A stretch of DNA of 64,000 nucleotides, from contig JAKQKX010000102.1 of the NCBI GenBank assembly GCA_029560465.1, positions 68,601 through 132,600 on the forward strand. Direction: 5' to 3'. Position numbers and translations under genes: made by a program. Positions 62,108 to 64,000 of this stretch are shown here, piece by piece. The notes below the pieces were generated by a model. That model made no database searches. It worked only from the letters and a program-made list of their open reading frames with translations, and was not told the DNA's origin. Positions within the stretch are counted from its first letter, which is position 1. The number at the start of each line of letters is the position of its first letter. The DNA is from Candidatus Omnitrophota bacterium (lineage in GTDB: Bacteria; Omnitrophota; Gorgyraeia; Zapsychrales; JANLHA01).

Positions 62108-62488
62108 CTATGAATCTCTGACGTCTTTGATCAGCCACTCTTTGGCCGCTTCCAAATCATTAAACGGGACCATCGGAAGTCCGGAATAACTGCCAATCAT
62201 CTTCATAAGGACGGCCTTAAAGCCGGTCACGCCGACCACCGCTGTTTTAACAACGCTACTTTTGACTTTAACCGCTGAGTCTTTCAGGTCGGCGACCGCT
62301 TCTTTTGTTCCTGTTGACCCTTCCACATTCACCAGCAGCAAAACAGAACCCCGGGGCTCATGACAGACCAGCTCGTTGATCTGCACTATTTCCATTCTCC
62401 GCTCCTCTGAGTCCGCCACGAAATGACTATAGTCTGCATAAAGAATACGCTTGTTTTTATACACGATCCATCCTGACTTCATCATCAA
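62108..62488 (-). CDS. Hypothetical protein, STAS/SpoIIAA-like fold suspected
   Basis: 126 aa with the pattern VLLLVNVEGSTG...VVGVTGFKAVLMKMIG...FNDLEAAKEWL, reminiscent of anti-sigma-factor-antagonist-like domains. This is a weak, memory-based assignment. Confidence 0.45.
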   Translation of the reverse strand: MMMKSGWIVYKNKRILYADYSHFVADSEERRMEIVQINELVCHEPRGSVLLLVNVEGSTGTKEAVADLKDSAVKVKSSVVKTAVVGVTGFKAVLMKMIGSYSGLPMVPFNDLEAAKEWLIKDVRDS

Positions 62489-62596
62489 CGCCTTTCTTTA
62501 ATTAAATATTGGACAGGAACCACGCTCTTAACAATTTCAAAAACGCACCTGGTTGATAAAAATAGCGGTTTTTCTTCCGCCATGGAGCTCAAAATT

Positions 62597-63007
62597 TCAG
62601 AATAAAGATTTCTTAAAAGCAACCGGCAGTCCTAAAGCGCCCTCAACAAAAGTCTCAACAATTTTATTGGGAAAACATAAGGGCTCTGTTCCCAGTTTCG
62701 CCCAGGCACAAACATGGGCTTCGTGATCCACTTCAACACCAAGATCTTCAAACAAGCCCTTGGAAAGGGTGTCCACGAGACCATCCTGAAAGTGCTCAAA
62801 TTTCTCTCTGGTCTGCGGGTTAAGAAGCATAAGCGGCGTGGTCACGCGCAAAGATACGCCGTCAGCCTCTTCCCGGGCGACAATGGTAAACAGCAATCCC
62901 TCGCTATTCCTGTATTTTACGGTCATCCGGTCTCCCTGGACAACAATCGGAGACCCACTAAACCGGCTTTCTAAGTAATGGTTTAATGCTTCCAAATTCA
63001 TGCTCAT
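62597..63007 (-). CDS. Hypothetical cytoplasmic protein (136 aa; possibly YbjN / chaperone-like fold)
   Basis: Clean ORF preceded by an AT-rich promoter-like region (63008-63154). I cannot place it in a family with confidence. Confidence 0.5.
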   Translation of the reverse strand: MSMNLEALNHYLESRFSGSPIVVQGDRMTVKYRNSEGLLFTIVAREEADGVSLRVTTPLMLLNPQTREKFEHFQDGLVDTLSKGLFEDLGVEVDHEAHVCAWAKLGTEPLCFPNKIVETFVEGALGLPVAFKKSLF

Positions 63008-63154
63008 GTCTGGTGCCTTGCCGGTAACCTTAATAAAGATTACCCGGGGTTGAGGGCCGTGGCCATTTTAGCTTTTTAATTATATATCAATTGTTTATTT
63101 ATGGAAAATTTAAATAATTGAAAAAACAAACGGCCTCCAGGAGGATATTTCTTC

Positions 63155-63457
63155 TTATATAATCCTTATTAAAATGACCGTGCCGGCAAGCCAGGACAAT
63201 ATCATGATGATAAACCACCTCTTTTTCTTGCGGCGCAGAGAAGACAGGCCGTGTGACGCGGCCCCCGGGGATATCCCCTCTTGCCCCATGACCAAATCCC
63301 ACCAAGCCTCCACATTATCACGACGGGGCTTTCCGGGCATCCCGGCTTGAGCCCTTTTCCATTTTAAAAGATAAAATGTATAAACAGCCGCCGGGAGAAG
63401 ATACCCCCCTAGGCAAACAGCGAAAACAAGCATAGGCTCTGATAAAAATACCGGCAT
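63155..63457 (-). CDS. Hypothetical small membrane protein (100 aa)
   Basis: Two hydrophobic helices at the termini and GGAG 7-10 nt upstream of the ATG. It overlaps alternative-frame ORFs, so the call is uncertain. Confidence 0.3.
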   Translation of the reverse strand: MPVFLSEPMLVFAVCLGGYLLPAAVYTFYLLKWKRAQAGMPGKPRRDNVEAWWDLVMGQEGISPGAASHGLSSLRRKKKRWFIIMILSWLAGTVILIRII

Positions 63458-63584
63458 GGAACGCTCCGAATAAGACTCTTGCCCCTGTCGGGGCCCTTTT
63501 CAATTTTGGGGTTGACCTTTAATTGCGTCTCTCCAGGCCGGGAGATTCCCCCCGGCTTCACACGGCCCTTGCCGCGGATGAATA

Positions 63585-64000
63585 TCAACAATACGGGTCA
63601 TGCACAAACGGCACATCCGCGTTTAAGATTTCCGCCAACACAAAATCCAACACCCGTAAAAACCCCTGATTGATCCTGTCATAATCGTCCACCGAAGAGC
63701 GGCGGATCAAGGGAGAAAGCTCCAGCGTCCGGAGGTTATAAAACGCCGCGTTCAATTTTTCCCCAGGGAAATATTTTTGCAGGTAATAAAAATACAGCGG
63801 CAGCTGAAACGACCGCACATTCTCATAAATGGTTTGCCGGGACAGGGACATCCTTTCAATAACCTCAAGGCCTCTCGGCAGGGGATCCGCGCCGCCGGTC
63901 TTATAATCCAGGATCATCACCGTGCCGTCCTCCAGGCGGTCAACCCGGTCGAGCCGACACACAAAAGGAAACGCGCCGCAGGGCAGGGTTATTGTGTCCG
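63585..64000 (-). CDS. PD-(D/E)xK (RecB/Cas4-like) nuclease domain protein, C-terminal part; N-terminus lies beyond the window end
   Basis: The reading frame stays open to the window edge (...GAFPFVCRLDRVDRLEDGTVMILDYKTG...). The sequence carries the RecB-family motifs hhDRVD...hhDYKTG and QLPLY (QxxxY). The start listed in the track is an internal GTG. Confidence 0.7.
   Translation of the reverse strand, partial: DTITLPCGAFPFVCRLDRVDRLEDGTVMILDYKTGGADPLPRGLEVIERMSLSRQTIYENVRSFQLPLYFYYLQKYFPGEKLNAAFYNLRTLELSPLIRRSSVDDYDRINQGFLRVLDFVLAEILNADVPFVHDPYC

Noticed and set aside
63175-63673. Plus-strand reading of the 63.1-63.7 kb region (58-aa ORF from 63175; 64-aa ORF 63479-63673) and a plus-oriented hairpin plus T-tract at 63481-63507
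   Set aside because: There is no RBS and the composition is Pro/Arg-rich. The hairpin GCCCC-TGTC-GGGGC followed by CCTTTTCAATTTT would terminate a plus-strand transcript, but I find no plus-strand gene for it to serve. I noted it as a possible bidirectional or antisense element and did not call a feature.
1-64000. CRISPR arrays, IS elements/transposases, integrases, prophage genes, rRNA
   Set aside because: I saw no regularly spaced direct repeats, and no transposase, integrase or phage structural ORFs. The window is core genome plus a pilus locus and one unknown operon.

Overview
This 64 kb window is a bacterial chromosome segment, roughly 50% GC, in which every gene I can support lies on the minus strand. 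Reading along that strand from high to low coordinates:

- 64000-58462: a run of about nine uncharacterised genes. It includes a PD-(D/E)xK nuclease truncated at the window edge, small membrane and secreted proteins, a STAS-like protein, a GYF/DUF4339 membrane protein and a membrane-anchored EEP-family nuclease/phosphatase.
- 58380-50117: housekeeping genes yggS, proC, mtnP, ileS, a dksA/traR-family gene, lspA, lgt and rluD.
- 49953-42342: a coiled-coil membrane protein, aroA, then the cell-shape operon mreB-mreC-mreD-mrdA-rodA.
- 42141-29720: a type IV pilus / type II secretion-like locus. In order it carries a stand-alone MshEN (GspE N-terminal) domain gene, two tandem full-length PilB/GspE ATPases, pilC, a 525-aa secreted coiled-coil protein, a terminator-flanked pilin gene and pilM-N-O-P-Q.
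- 29495-18419: rng, rplU, obg, proB, proA, nadD, a phosphohexomutase, plsC, rpsA and tyrS.
- 18179-1: the conserved translation/transcription super-cluster. tRNA-Thr, rpmG (hand-called; 50 aa, so below the 60-aa floor of the ORF track), tRNA-Trp, secE, nusG, rplK-A-J-L, rpoB-rpoC, rpsL-rpsG-fusA-tuf, then rpsJ-rplC-D-W-B and the start of rpsS.

I saw no CRISPR array, prophage, transposon or rRNA. Most plus-strand ORFs in the supplied track are antisense shadows of real minus-strand genes.

The stretch most worth follow-up is the pilus locus. It has a stand-alone putative c-di-GMP receptor domain gene heading duplicated ATPases, a large periplasmic coiled-coil protein, and an insulated pilin gene. 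The uncharacterised operon at the high-coordinate end is the second candidate. The absence of PilT, PilD and rpmA is stated only for this window.
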